DNA of 64,000 bases, taken from Raja brachyura (Eukaryota). A model generated the notes under the pieces. That model ran no database searches. It saw only the letters and a list, made by a program, of their open reading frames with translations, and was not told where the DNA came from. This document shows, piece after piece, positions 41,601 to 56,600 of this stretch (the stretch's first letter is position 1; each line of letters starts with the position of its first letter). Both the position numbers and the translations under genes were made by a program. The stretch covers positions 71,052,001-71,116,000 of the forward strand of contig OY740787.1 in assembly GCA_963514005.1 (NCBI GenBank), given 5' to 3'.

Positions 41601-44600
41601 CATGATCCATCTCAGTTTTAAGAATTTGCAGAGATGCTACATTCTCCATGAAAGATATATTTAAGTTTCCACCAGGGAGCAGTTTTATACCATCTTTAAA
41701 CCAAGAAGTTTCAATAGGAGCTGAACCAGTCGTGCAACACTCAAATGTTATTGGAAGACCAAGAGTTACTTCCATATTCTTAAGTTTCCTTACAAAAGAA
41801 GGTGCTGTTTTGCGTTCTGTAAAATAAACCGGAATGGAATTAATTAATATAATGAGATTATAGAAGCTTTAAAAGTTCAAAGGGCTCCAGCATAAATATA
41901 TATGTTCTCCACAAATACCAATTAATCTACCAAAGAACATCACCTTGTACAGTGAACACCGCCTTTGATGAACATACACCTATTTTGTTTTCAGCTTTGC
42001 ACATAAATTCTCCACAGTCATTCATTGTTACTTTCTTCAATTCCAATTTTGCAATATTGTTTACAAATTCCATTTTGCAATTTGGGGTGGCTCTCAGTTT
42101 TGTGTCTCCTTTGTACCAAGCTACTTTAATTTCAGGTGTTCCACTAAGTGTGCATTGAAAAGATCCTGAATCACCGACTGTTATTTCCAGAGGCTCTAAA
42201 TGTTGGACAAATGTTGGTGGTTCTAAGAAGAAAAGAACGTATCAGTGATTGAAGAAAATGTACATCAAATATATTTTTTTAAGAAACGAGCAAAGCTTTG
42301 ATTTTTATTCCGCAGCTAAAAGAAATTGAAAGGAAACGAACCCAATATGTTCACTTCAGCATGGCAAGTGTCAGTTCCAGCATCATTTTCCACTTCACAC
42401 ATATATGTTGCACCATCGTCTCTAATGGTGTTGAGAATCTCCAAAATACAAGAGGTTTCAGTGGTAGTTATAATATGCTTTTCAGACTGGACTATATCTA
42501 ACCCATTCTTCTTCCAATGTACTTTGATTTCTGGGGTGCCACTGTATATGCAGTCAAGACAAACTGATTTTCCCAGTATCACAATAGAATCTTTCAATTT
42601 TTTCTGGAATACTGCTGGTTCTGGTGAAGATAGAGAGGAAAACAGTTGCAAAAATATATACATATAACTCCAGCAAAATGATGTTACCTACATCTGTACA
42701 TTACTAAAACTGTCATCTTGTTTGTTATTATGTCTGTGATTCTGTCTGTTTGTTTGTGTGTCTTTCTGTGATGAGTGTGATCCTGAAATTATGCCAAAAC
42801 TGTACAATGTAGCACTACAATTTTTGGACCACCTTATTCACCAGCATCCTGTGGTCTGGTGTATCAACGTTTGCTTCAGATATATTTTACAAGTTATTCA
42901 CATTTTAAACTTTAAAAATGTAACTTTTCACTTAAAAAAATTCAATTGCACTTTCCTGGCCCCTGCCTTTACAATGTTACAAATGAAAGGGGCAGGGGAA
43001 GTCGAATTGGATTTTAGTCAATTTTTTAAAGATTAAAAAGAGGGAGGGTGAAGAGGAGGGGACGGGAGTGCTGGGGATGAGGGGAAATGAGCCGCACCTG
43101 CGCAGTTGGGGGCTGTGGGTGAGTGATGGAATATTGTGTTGGTGGAATGGGTTGTGTTGGGGGAACAGATGAGTGGTGGAATATTGTGTTGGGGGAACGG
43201 GCCGCAACTGGTCCCACTTGGTCTAGTAATATATATTACAAAAACTCTCAGCTTGTTTGTTATTATGTCTGTGATTTTGTCTGTGTGTGTGTGTGTGTGT
43301 GTATGTGTGTCTGTGAGTGTGATCCTGAAATTATGCCAAAACGGTACACGATAGCACTACAATTTTTGGACCACCATACTCACCATTGTCCTGTGGTGTT
43401 GTGTGCCAATGTTTTGATCAGATTCATGTTATATTTTACAAGTTATTCACATTTTATACTTTAAACAATTTACTTTTCACTTTAAAAAATACAATTCCAC
43501 GCCCCCTGCCCCTGCCCATTACAAAGTTACAAATGACAGGACTCAGTGTCCTGTCATTTGTAACACTGTAACAAGCAGGGGAAGTGGAATTGGATTTTTT
43601 AAAGTGAAAAGTTAATTTTTTTGTTCAAAAAGAGGGAGGGAGAAGAAGAGGGAGGGTTAGTGCTGGCGGATGAGGTGAAATGAGCCGCGCCTGTGCAGAT
43701 GGGCGGTTATTGGTGAGTGGTGGAATATTGTGTTAGTGGAGCAAATGCGTTCGGGGAACGGGTGAGTGGTGGAATATTGCATTGGGGAACAGGATCTGGG
43801 GGAGGGAGTGCTGGGGAATGAGTGGAAATCTACTACACCTGTGCAGTTTGGGGCTATGGGTGAGCGGTAGGATATTGCGTTGGTGGAATGGGTTGCGTTG
43901 GAGGAATGGGTGAGTGGTGGAATATTGTGTTGGGGGAACGGGACCCAACAGGTCCCACTTGGTCTAGTTCTTCTTTAAAATGCTATTTCACAAACCTTTC
44001 ACAAACAATTTTGTTGTACAAGAATCTTCACCAGCTTCGTTCCTGACTCGGCAAATGTAGTCTTCACTTTGGGAAGGTTCTACCTTTAGTAGCTCAAGTA
44101 TTGATATTGAGTCACTGAAAGAAATTCTACATTTCCTTCCTGTTACTAGTTCAGTGTTCCCTCTAAACCATTTTACTTTCAATGGTGCTGTCCCAGTAAC
44201 AACACATGCAAATTTCACTGTTGAGCCAGGTAACACTTCCTGAGGATCAGGTTTGCTCACAAATGAAGCTGGTTCTAAAGAGGTGGAAACAAAATAAGAT
44301 GTTTAAAATTAACTGGGAATTTAAAATTCAAGCATTTTGTTATAAACACAATGACATTACATTTTTCTTTAGGTCCAAGTCTAGAAGATTAGCATAATCA
44401 GGCCATTTGACTGTATTAATAATCTCATTGTTCCAGCACTGAATTTTTTTTCTCCTAATTTTTCTCAACCATTTCATTCTACTTACAGTTTCAAGTCTGC
44501 AGATAACACCTCTGCAGTAGTCCAGATCTCAAACAATGAGACAAACCACAGAAAGGAGACGGAAAGCTTAGTTACATGGTGTCAAGAAACAACATCTTCC

Positions 44601-47600
44601 TCCAGGTCAGCAAAAGGAAGAAGCCAGTTACTGACCTCAGGAAGCAAGTACATGCCTCTATCAGCATCAATTGTGCTGAAGTGAGATAGCAAAGAGCATC
44701 AAGTTCCTTGGTGTTATCACCACCAACAATTTACCCTGAACCAACCACATTGATGTTGCAGCAAAGGAAGCACACTACGCCTCTATTTCCACAGAAGACG
44801 AAGGAAATTTGGCATATCCCCAATGACTCTTAACAACCTACAGATGCACAAGAGAAATCGTCCTTTTGAGATCCATCAGAGTTTGGTTTGGAAACAACTG
44901 TCTGAGAGAGCTAGAAATTGCAGAGAGGTGTGAATATAGCCTAGTCCATCATACAAACTTGTCTCTCCCTCCTCGATTCCTTTACACTGCTTTCTGAAAG
45001 CAGTTAACATAATCAAGGACCATTTTCACCGGAGACATTCCCTCCCAGTGGGCAGAACATACAAACGCTTGAAAGCATGTACCACAAAATTCTGGTTCAA
45101 CTTCTTCCTCAATGTTATCAGATTACTGAATTGTCCTCTAATGAGCTTGGGTGTTGGGCTGATCTTCCAACCTACCTCATTACGGACCTTGCATTTTTTT
45201 TAATCTGCATTTCCTCAGTAACAGTAAGGCTATAACGCTTTAACACTATATTCTGCATCTTAGTATTTTCTCTTTGTACTACATTGCTTTTGTGTATCAT
45301 AGATAGTACTCATGTACGATATGATTTGACTGGACAGAATTCAAGCAAAGCTTTTCACTGTACCTTGGTACACATGACAATAATAAACTAATAATACCAA
45401 TACCAATACAGCCCCTCCAGACAAATTAACCGTAATTAGCTAAATAACTTCAAAGGGATTTACAGGAGTCGTTGCCTTAAAAAAGCAGCCAGCATCATCA
45501 GAAACCCACGTCACCATGGCCACACACTTATTTCACTCCTGCCATCAGAAAGAAGATATAGGAGCTTGAAAACTTTAACATCCAGGTTCAGGAACAGCTT
45601 CTTCCCTACACCCATTAGGCTATTAAACTCTACAATCTCCAAATAAACTCTGAACAACATAGACTTGGGAGCATTGGTTTTGGCTTGTTGCACTATAATT
45701 GCACTATTATTATGTTTACAAAGTACTATGTTTACATATTCTGCTGTGCTGCTGAAAGCTGAAAGTAAGAATGTCATTGCTCTGTTGGGACATATGACAA
45801 TAAAACACTCTTGACCTGTGCATTTTGGAATTTTTTGGTCTCCGTGACAGAATTCACTTCTCTCCATTCTCCTCTCTTTTCTACAACTAAAAACGTGTTT
45901 GATTTCTGACCTGCCTGAATTTAATGAAAAATCGTCAATACAAAACATAAGCAAAAATTTCTCTCTCCTATGATACATGTATTTCAATCAGTTTCTGTTT
46001 CTATTTCAGATTTCCATCATTTGCAGTTTATAGCTTTTCATCAATTAGAATGTCTCCGAGCCCTTTTTACTGTGTTTAGGTTCAGCACCATGCAGCATTT
46101 ATAATGTATACATACTCCAATGTGTACGCATATCAAACAAAAATTATTTTGAATACTACAAATTATATAGCATGACATACACAAAGAATATGAACAATTT
46201 GAATTGCATTAAGAATTAAACTAACCTTTTACAGTTAAAGTACCACTGCATTCATCACTGCCTGCAGCATTGGTTGCTTTACATACATAATTGCCAGCAT
46301 CTGATAATTCCAAAGTATTTATTTTCAAATCACACTTATTTTCACCAAATATCAGATTATATTTTTCTCCATGGACAATCTCATGTCCATCTTTGAACCA
46401 AGACATTGCAATTGGAGGTGATCCAGACACTTTGCATTCCATTTTGAGGGGAGAAGCCAAGATACCATCCACTTTCTTTAATTTTCTAATAAATGTTGGT
46501 GGAATTATACGGTCTGTTTAAATCACAACAATTAAGCATGATTAGATCAAGATTTTTTAAATGATTTAATAAGCAATTAAGGAAAGTGTACAAAGAGGAA
46601 AAAATGGAGGCCAAACCTAGAACGCTGATTGATAATTTGGAGCTGCTGCTACCAACATTATTCTGGACTTCAAAAGTATATTCACCACCATCTAACTTCT
46701 CTGTAGACATAAGTTTTAGGCTGGCAATTCCATTAAGAAAACTAATCTTGTATTTTCTGCCAGATACCAATTCTTGTCCTTCTTTCAACCATTTCACTTT
46801 GAGCTCAGGTGTGCCTTTAACAATGCATTCCAAAGTCACCGGATCTCCTGAAGTTACACTGACAAATTCTGTTTTCTCCACTATTGTGGCAGGTTCTGGA
46901 AGAAGTAAATTAATTTTTACAAAGTATTCTTATATTTTGGCATATAGGATAATGTTCTCAGGAATTAGCTACATTTTAAAAATATCAAATATATTGACAG
47001 TAAACTACTAACCCAAGAATGATAATGCAGCAGAGCTCTCTTGCATTCCAGCATCATTTTTGATTTGGCAAACATACATTCCAGCATGTGCTGGCTCCAT
47101 TTTTGAAATATGCAAAGCCACAATGTTTTGTTCATGGGTGATAGTTATGTCCTCATCATTTTTAACTTGTTTCTTTTCTTTTATCCATGTTACTTCAATT
47201 GGTTCTGAACCTTTAACAGTAGCCTGTAAGGTCACAGACTCTCCGAACACAGAAGAAATGTTTGAAAGTCTTTTCACAAATAGGGGTGGTTCTGAAGAAT
47301 TAAATAAGTACATCTTAAGTGTGCAACATAAACTTACAGAAATTATTTCCCAAAACTGGAAGAGCAAAATTTAAATATAAAACATGGAAAATCTACTGAC
47401 CTCTTAGATTTAATGTGCCAGTGCAATTAATACTCCCAACATCATTCTTGACCATGCACATGTATTCCCCTATGTCAGGTGACTCCACTTTAAGAATATA
47501 AAGACTTGCTATAAGATTTTCAGAAGTAATTTTATACTTTTTACTTCCTCGGATTTGCCTTTTATCTTTGTACCAAGTAACTTCAAAAGGAGATGTACCA

Positions 47601-50600
47601 CTGAATTTGCATTGCAGAATGACATCAGAGCTTTTTATTACATCCATTGTCTCAAGCATTTTATTGAAAACAGGTGATTCTGGAAGAAGAGCATAAGTTG
47701 TATCATTTTTGTATTTATGATGAAATAGTTATTTATAACCAAGAAAACCTTTATCATTTGTAACAGAAAATAACTACCTACCTTTGACATTAAGTGCTAC
47801 ACTGCAGCTGACACTTCCAGCGTCATTTTGAGCGTCACAAATGTAATCACCACTGTCTTCTACATCAGTATCATTAATTTCAAGAACTGCTATAGAATTA
47901 TCAAAATGTATTTTGTATTTGTCACCATCTCTGATTTCAGTATCATTCTTGAACCATGAAATTTTGATTTCAGGTGTGCCAGTCACTTTGCACTCAAAAT
48001 GCACTGATTCTCCCTTCTTCAGGACTTTGGATGGTTCCAGCTTCTGGATGAAAGATGGAGGTTCTAGGAAACCAAAATAGAACACATTTAGTGCTTGAGT
48101 TACAAGAAGATTATGTTTTGGAAAGTAGAATTGTGAAATGTGGAAGGAATTTGAATCATTAACACAAATCATATGAGAATGCTCCAAAAGTTTTGAAATG
48201 GCCCATGTATATTAACTAGAATTTTACTGTATTTCATATAAAGAAAATTTAAAGAAGAGTATATATTATATTACTGAGATCACGAAGAGCACAACAAGAT
48301 AATGTAGAATTGATATGATTAAGAGAATAAGATGATTACACAGTTAAAGTCAAAGAACATAAGACACTAACGTAGAATACACATAAAACAAGATTTGTAC
48401 AAATTGGAAGACTTGGAATCTGAAAAGACATTAACAGCAAATAACAAACAAGACATTAATAATATACACCCACACAACAAAGAATTCCACACCTGTTACA
48501 AACAATTTTGCTGTACAAGAATCTGTGCCAACATCATTGGTGACGTGGCAAGTGTAATATCCCGTATTAGAATGATTTACTGAATAAAGTTGCACAAAAC
48601 TGGATGAAATTTCTGTCACAATGCAACATGTTCCATCAGGATGTAACTCTTTGTCATCCTTAAACCATTTGAAAGACAGAGGAGGTGTTCCTTTAGCATC
48701 ACTCTTGAACAGCACTGTAGAGCGTGGGGGAACCTCCTGTGACATTGGTTTTGTAATAAATCTTGGTGGCTCTAAAATTCATTGAAGAAAAACATATTTG
48801 TTGCAAGAAAGACCATAAATTTCTACATTTTGAATCATTAATAAATTAAAAATAGTTATTTCAATCATAAGACATTTAAGTGTTAAAATATGACAAATCT
48901 GAGATCTATTTTGCCAAAAGTATGAGGGAAAAATGCAAAGGCAGTCACACCTTTAACAATCAGTTTGCTACGGCATTCATCAGTTCCTGCTATATTTGAT
49001 ACTCTGCAAGTATAAATTCCACAATCAGCGATTTCTAGTTGATTAATTTCCAAAGATGAGGTGTTATCTTGCTGTGATAGTTTATATTTATTACTATCCA
49101 TGATCTCCTTTCCATCTTTATGCCAAAGAATGGTCATTGGAACAGAGCCAGATACTTTGCACTCCATGCTCACAGAAGAGCCTAGTGCAATGCCCATGTC
49201 CTTCAATTTTTTTGTAAATGTTGGAGCAATCAATTGATCTGTACAATATAGAACACAACTTGTAAGCTTGAGATGCAGAAGTTAAGCTAAAAGAGCAAAG
49301 TTGCTTTGATTACTGTATTCTATTTTTCACATACAAATAAAAATACTAACCTAATACTGCCAAGGAAGCTTTGCAGCTGTCAACTCCAAATTCATTCTGG
49401 ACCTCAAAAGTATATTCACCACTATTCGACTTCTCTACTGACTGTATCTTTAGACTAGCCACATTATTTTCAAAGCTCAATTTACATTTTCTGCTGGATC
49501 TGAGCTCCGTTCCATCTTTAAACCATTTAACATTTAGATCTGGTGTGCCTGCCACAGTACACTCCAAAACTGCTGGATTTTGTACAGTTATGTTGCATGA
49601 TTTTGCTCTTTCAACAATTTTTGCAGGTTCTGTTAAGAGAAAATATTATGCTAATTGATGACAGTAATTTAATATTTTAATCCTGTCTTTTTCACATTAG
49701 TATGATAAATAAATTTGAAGATAAATTAAAAAAATATTTACACATCAGCCAATCATATTTGTTAATATTCCTGACCAACCTGTTACTATCAATATGGCAT
49801 AGGATTTCTCAATCCCTGCATCATTTTTGGCCTGGCAGATGTATTTCCCACCATCTTTTGCTTCAACTGCTGCAATTTTCAGCATTGCAAGATTGTTTTC
49901 AAAGGAAATTGATATATTTTCATCTTCTTTGATATCTACATTATTTTTCATCCAATTAATTGATAAAGGCTCTGAACCTTTTACAATACACTGAAAGCCA
50001 GTAGAATTTCCAACAAACGTTGTAACATTTTCAATCTTCTTCACAAATGATGGGGGTTCTAGTTGAAGATAAAGAGGTATACATATAAATATGAATGAAA
50101 TGTTCTACCCTCTTTCAAAATTATAGTATAATGGCAAAATATGCTGCTTTATGAAACTGATCATTAAAAAAGTTTAAATTAATTTTACAAGTTAGCTGCT
50201 AAAATCGCAATATGCCTACAGTATTCCATTTTACTTGAAACTGGTGTATTCCATTTTACTTGAAATACATTCACTAAAAGTAACAAACGGTACACCACTA
50301 CTACCATGTAACTAACCTTTTAAACTGACAATACAACTGCAGGAACAGCTTCCCACATCATTGCTTGCTGTGCATTTATATTCGCCAACAAGTGACACAT
50401 CCACCTTCAAAATATGAAGGCTACTTAAAACATTCTTTGTGATCATCTTGTATTTTTCACTTGGTTGAATCTTTTTATTGTCCTTGTACCACATAACGTC
50501 AAAGGGACCTGTACCAGCCAACTCACATTCAAGAATAATACCATTGTTTCTTATAACCTCAGCAGACTGAAGTTTCCTTCTAAAACTGGGAGGTTCTAAA

Positions 50601-53600
50601 ATCATGGTAAAGAAATTAAAATTAACAAAATCACAGAAACTAACATTGTTCTTACTCAAAAAGTAGCTGATGTCATTTGTTAGCAATTTGGATATTATTA
50701 CAGACCTTTAATTTCAACTTCGGTGCTGCAGCTGTCACTGCCTGCTTCGTTTCGTATTTCACACACATAGTGGGCACTGTCCTCTAGAATCATGTCAAAA
50801 ATCTCAAGAATTGCCACCGAACCATCAAATGATGTTGTATATTTGGCACTGACAATAATTTCAGAACCATTTTTATACCAGGAAACTTTGATTTCAGGTG
50901 TTCCAGTTACAATACACTCACAACGTGCTGAGGCACCTTCCTTCATTATTGTTGAAGAATTCAGTTTTTTAATGAAACTAGGGGGTTCTAGAAATCAAAA
51001 TATTATAAATTTAAAATACATATAAAGGATATTCAATAGTACTTGAAACCAATTAAACAATTATAAATAACTGCTTAAACAAGATTCACTGCTCAAGTTA
51101 CTAATTTAAGAAAATCATGTTTTAATATCATAATTAGAGCAAACAGCGCAAACGGAAGATCAAATAGAACAAGTTGTCCAACAACTTTAGGCTGTGCACG
51201 CCACACGAAAGAAGAAGAAGAGCAAACAGCATTTTGTTTTTAAATGCTATTAAGATTCCTTCAATGTTTCAGTTTAGTTTATTGTCACGTATACCGAGGT
51301 GAAAAACTTTTGTTGTGTGCTAACCAGTCAGCAGAAAGACAATACATGATACAATCGATCCATTTACAGCGTAGAGATACATAACGGAATAACGTTTAGT
51401 GCAAAGTAAGGCTAGCAAAGTCTGATTAAGGATAGTCCAAGGGGTAGATAGTAGTTCAGCACTGCTCTCTGGTTGTGGTAGAATGATTTAGTTGCCTGAT
51501 AACTGCGGGGTAGAAACTGTCCCTGAATCTGGAGCTGTGTGTTTTCACACTTCTATACCTTTTGCCTGATGTGAGTGGGGAGAAGAAAGAGTAGCCAGGG
51601 TGCGCAACTGATTATGCTGCTGGCTTTGCTGAGGCAGAGTGAGGTATAAATGGAGTTAATAGAAGGGAGGTTGGTTTATGTGATGGTCTGGGCTGCGTCC
51701 ACAATTCGTTGCAATTTCTTGGGGTCTTAGATGGAACTGTTCCCAAACCATGCTGTGATGCGTCCAGATAAAATGCTTTATATGGCTCAACAGTGGGAGT
51801 GGGGCAGTCTAGTAAAATGTCTTCAACCTTGTCATCATTGTCACTTTACGATTGGATGGTACAATTAAATTACAGTGGATACTGTCTAATTTGCCAGTTT
51901 TCCCAAAATTAAACATTATATATTAGTATTCCCCAACATTGGTATGGTGCTTTGCCTTAGTTAACAGAAAAAAATATAGTGTGGCATGACATAGAATAAC
52001 AAGTGTAAAAAACTCAATGCTTTAAGACTACCATACCTCATTCTCTCAATGGACAGCAGTGCAATATACTGCCACTGAAGTACAGTAACCGTCAAAAAAA
52101 AAAAAAAAATATTCAAGATGGTAAAGCAAGAAAAACTGTTTTGCATATATCAAAACAGGAGAACAAAGCCATAATTGCGCACCTTTAACAAGCAGGTTTG
52201 CAGAACAGGCATCTGTACCAACATCGTTGCTAACTTGGCAGGTATAATTACCCGCATCCGATATTTTAGCTGAGGGCAATTCTAGGAAATATATCGAGCC
52301 TTCATTCCAAATAGAATATGCCATACTATGCATCAATTCTCTGTCCCCTTTGAACCATTTTGTGGATAGTGGTGTGCTTCCTTTTACAACACCTCTAAAT
52401 TTCACTGAAGAACCAAGTACAACATCCTGGGACATTATTTTATCTGTAAAGCTTGGGGTCTCTAAAAAAAATCAATAAAAAATCTTTGATTAACTCAGGG
52501 TTATATATATAAACTGGATAAAATGTTCAGATTATCGTTAAGTTTATGAATTACATAGCCTTCAAAAGTGTAAGAATGGAAAACAAAATTTAGAATTGGC
52601 GGATTAACTTATTTAAATACTTCACTACTGCAGCTAATGACAAATGCAAACTCTTTTGTAAAGAAAGCCAATATTTGCTTTTCATACAGATAAGAAAGAA
52701 ATGCGACAAAGGAATATTTCAAACCTTTTACACTTAAGACAGCACTGCATTCATCTTTTCCTGCTGAATTTGCTGCTTTGCAAGTGTAAATTCCATCATC
52801 TGAGAAGTCTAGTTCAATGATTTCTAATGAAATTATGTTCTCTTGAAATAGCATTTTGTATTTGTTACTAGCCAGTATTTCGTTGTCCTCTTTGTACCAA
52901 GTAATGCTCATTGGTATAGAACCAGAAACTTTGAATTCCATTCGCACTAAAGATCCTAAAGTACTGCTTAGTTCCTTTAATTTTCTTGTTAACAATGGAG
53001 GAATTATTTGTTCTGTTCATATAAAGGGACAAATAAAAAACGTTAACGTTTTTCGTGTCAAATATTACAAAATTTGTGATAAATTCCAGTATTTTTTGAT
53101 GTTTTATGAAAAAAAAGCTATTAAAAAGAAGTAATCACTGACCTAATACAGTCATAGGAATATTGCAGCTGTTAGCTCCAAACTCATTCTGGACTTCAAA
53201 AGTATAGTCTCCACTGTCATCCGTTTCAACAGACAAAAATTTTAACCTGGCTATCTTATTTGCAAAACTCAATTTATATCTTCTATTTGACTCCAGTTGT
53301 TTTCCATTTTTGAACCATGCAACATTTAATACTGGCGTACCAGCTACGGTACATTCCAAAATTGCTGGGTTTCCTGAAGTCACTGTGAGTGGCTCCGTTT
53401 TTTCTATGATATTTGCAGGTTCTGTGGAAAAATTACATCATTTAAATCACTAGAACATTAATATTTAATCGAATTGCTTTTGTAAGCTAATATATTTTAG
53501 CAGAGCAAGCTGTCAATAGATGGGATTCCTCACAACAAATTAAGACCAATGTAATTTTGCATTCCTGCTGAAGGTGTATCGTATTCAATTAGATTTAGCA

Positions 53601-56600
53601 ATCCCAGTCAAGATGCTGGCAGCATTGCGCTGATTGTACAAATTTAGCCTTAACCGGATGATCAGTTATCAATCTCATTCAGAAACACACTTAGAAACAT
53701 AGAAAATAGGTGCAGGAAGAGACCATTCGGCCCTTCGAGCCAGCACCACCATTCATTGTGATCATGGCTGATCATTGCCAATCAATAACCTGTGCCTGCC
53801 TTCGCCCCATATCCCTTGATTCCACTAGCCCCTAGAGCTCTATCCAACTCTCTCTTAAATCCATTCAGTGATTTGGCCTCCACTGCCCTCTGTGGCAGAG
53901 AATTCCACAAATTTACAACTCTCTGGGTGAAAAAGTTTTTTCTCACCTCAGTCTTAAATGGCCTCCACTTTATTCTAAGACTGTGGCCCCTGGTCCTGGA
54001 CTCGCCCAACATTGGGAAAGTTTTTCCTGCATCTAGCTTGTCCAGTCCTTTTATAATGTTATATGTTTCAATGAGAACCCTTCATCCTTCTAAACTCCAG
54101 TGAATACAAGCCTAGTCTTTTCAATCTTTCTTCATATGACAGTCCCGCCATCCCAGGTATCAATCTCGTAAACCTACGCTGCACTGCCTCAATCACAAGG
54201 ATGTCCTTCCTCAAATTACTTGAGGAATAAGAAACAATTGCCTCTTTGATACAATGGCAATGCACTTTTGAAGATTTGATGATGATTGATTGGGTACCAT
54301 AGATAATTAGAAAGGAAACAATATTTTACTTATTATGATGCTGGAAATGTCCCATTTCCAGTTATAACATTCCTCACTTTGTTGCGCACTATTTAAGTTT
54401 TAATAGTTTTTGTGGTAATATAAATTCCATGAAATGCGTATTATGCGGATAATACTTGTATCAATGATTTCTTACTAACCCATTACAATCAAAGTAGCAA
54501 AGCATTTTGTTGTTCCTGCATCATTCTTTGCCTGACAAATATAATTTCCATTGTGAATTTCCTCAGCATTAATGATCTGCAATGTGGCAATATTATTTTC
54601 AAAGGAAATTTTAATATTTTCATCTTCCTCGACACGTTTGTCATCTTTTTTCCAACTTGTATTTATGGGTTCTGATCCTCTTACAAGACATTGAAACACA
54701 GCTGAATTTCCAGAAAATACTGTTGCATTTTCTATTGTTTGTATGAAGGTTGGTCGCTCTAATTTGAAAAAAATATCTTGTTATATTTAAACCACGATTG
54801 AAAAAAATTAGTATTACTTAATAAGTAATTGTTAATGAAATGAATAACATGCAATATCCAATAAACTCGAATAAGGACATAACTGACCTTTCAAACTGAC
54901 TGTAGAACTGCAAGAACAACTTCCCACATCATTTTTTACAATACACTTGTATTCGCCAACATCTGAGGTATCAGATGTTAGAATGCAAAGGCTGACTAAA
55001 GAAATGTCGGAGATCATTTTGTACTTTTTACTGCGACGAAGTTGTTTATTGTCCTTATACCACACAACTTCAAAGGGACTTGTACCAGCCACCTCACATT
55101 CAAGAGTAACATCACTAGATTTAACTACCTCAGCGGGTTCAAGCTTCTTCACAAATGTAGGAGATTCTGAAGAGCAAACACGATAATATAGTTTACAAAT
55201 CACAGGGGCCTACGTTCAGGTTTACAAAATGATTCCCAACAACAACCACTGAAGCAAAAGTCCAAATTATTTTTATTTTAATGTGTTAGGGATAAGTTAC
55301 AGCTATCATTCAAAGTGGATTAATAAAATGTAATATGCTTGTAACTTTTTTGCTTCATACATTTCCACAATTTTAAAATAATATTTAGCCATATCAGTTT
55401 TTCCTCAGGTGCCCATGAATCTAACCTTCAATATAAATTAGTTAGGGAAGGGTGCGGATACAAGTGCAAACATTTGAATTTATATCATATCAGGCACAGG
55501 AAACTGATGTTGCAGGTGAATAAATATTGCTAGGAAAGCAGCAATGTCAAGAGAATATAAACATCTTTCTCTATAGGTACAGAAGAAGTGGGAGAGCTCC
55601 TTCCACCCCAATAAAGATAGTCTTGGTCTCCAAGTGAGGGCTTTCAACTTAACCAGCAGTGGTCCAGAAATTAAATTCAGTCTTTAGGAGTCAGTTTTGG
55701 AACATTCTATTAAAATGAGTAGATATAGCTTCACAAATCAATTGTCAAGCTGTTACTTTCAATGCCCATTTCAAATAGCAGAACAGTCAGTATTTTAAAT
55801 AAAGGTTCTAATTGAACAAAAAGGTGAAACATGACTGGAAAGACATTAACCAATCATGGAAAATGAAAATGGGAATATTTACACACCTTTAACAGTGACC
55901 ATAATGTCGCAAGATTCACTGCCAGCTTCATTTTGGGCTTTGCAGGAATAATTCCCAGTGTCATCCAAGTTTACATCAGCAATCTCTAAAATTGCCACCG
56001 AATCAACAAATGTCATTCTGCATTTTTCATCGACACTAATTTCACGATAATTCTTGAACCAAGCTACTTTGATTTCAGGTGTGCCAGTTACTTTACACTC
56101 AAAAATTGTTGTATCTCCTTTTTTTAATATTGCTGTTGGATCTAACTTCTTAATAAAATATGGAGGTTCTGTTAAAAAAAAGTTATTACAAATCATGAAA
56201 CATATTAAAATACAAAAAGATAACCATTCAACATAACAAACAGTTTAGACATATAAAACAAAAAAGAATGAAAGAAGACAATGCACAGCACAAAAGGAAC
56301 ATTAATAATAAAAACAATCACAAAACATATAAAAGACAAGTTCCTGCACACAATATTCAAAATCATTCCACAATGGTTAAACATGTAAAGACAAATTGCA
56401 CACCTTTTACAAAGAGTCTTGCTGCACAAGTGATACTGGCAACTTTGTTGCTGACTTCACAAATATAGTCTCCTGAATCAGAAACTTTGGCTGAAAACAA
56501 CTCAAGTAAACTTGTTGAGCTTTCATTTAAAATGAAACAATCAGCTCCGGACATCAATTCCCTGCCATCCTTCAGCCATTTAATAGTTACTGGAGCAGTT

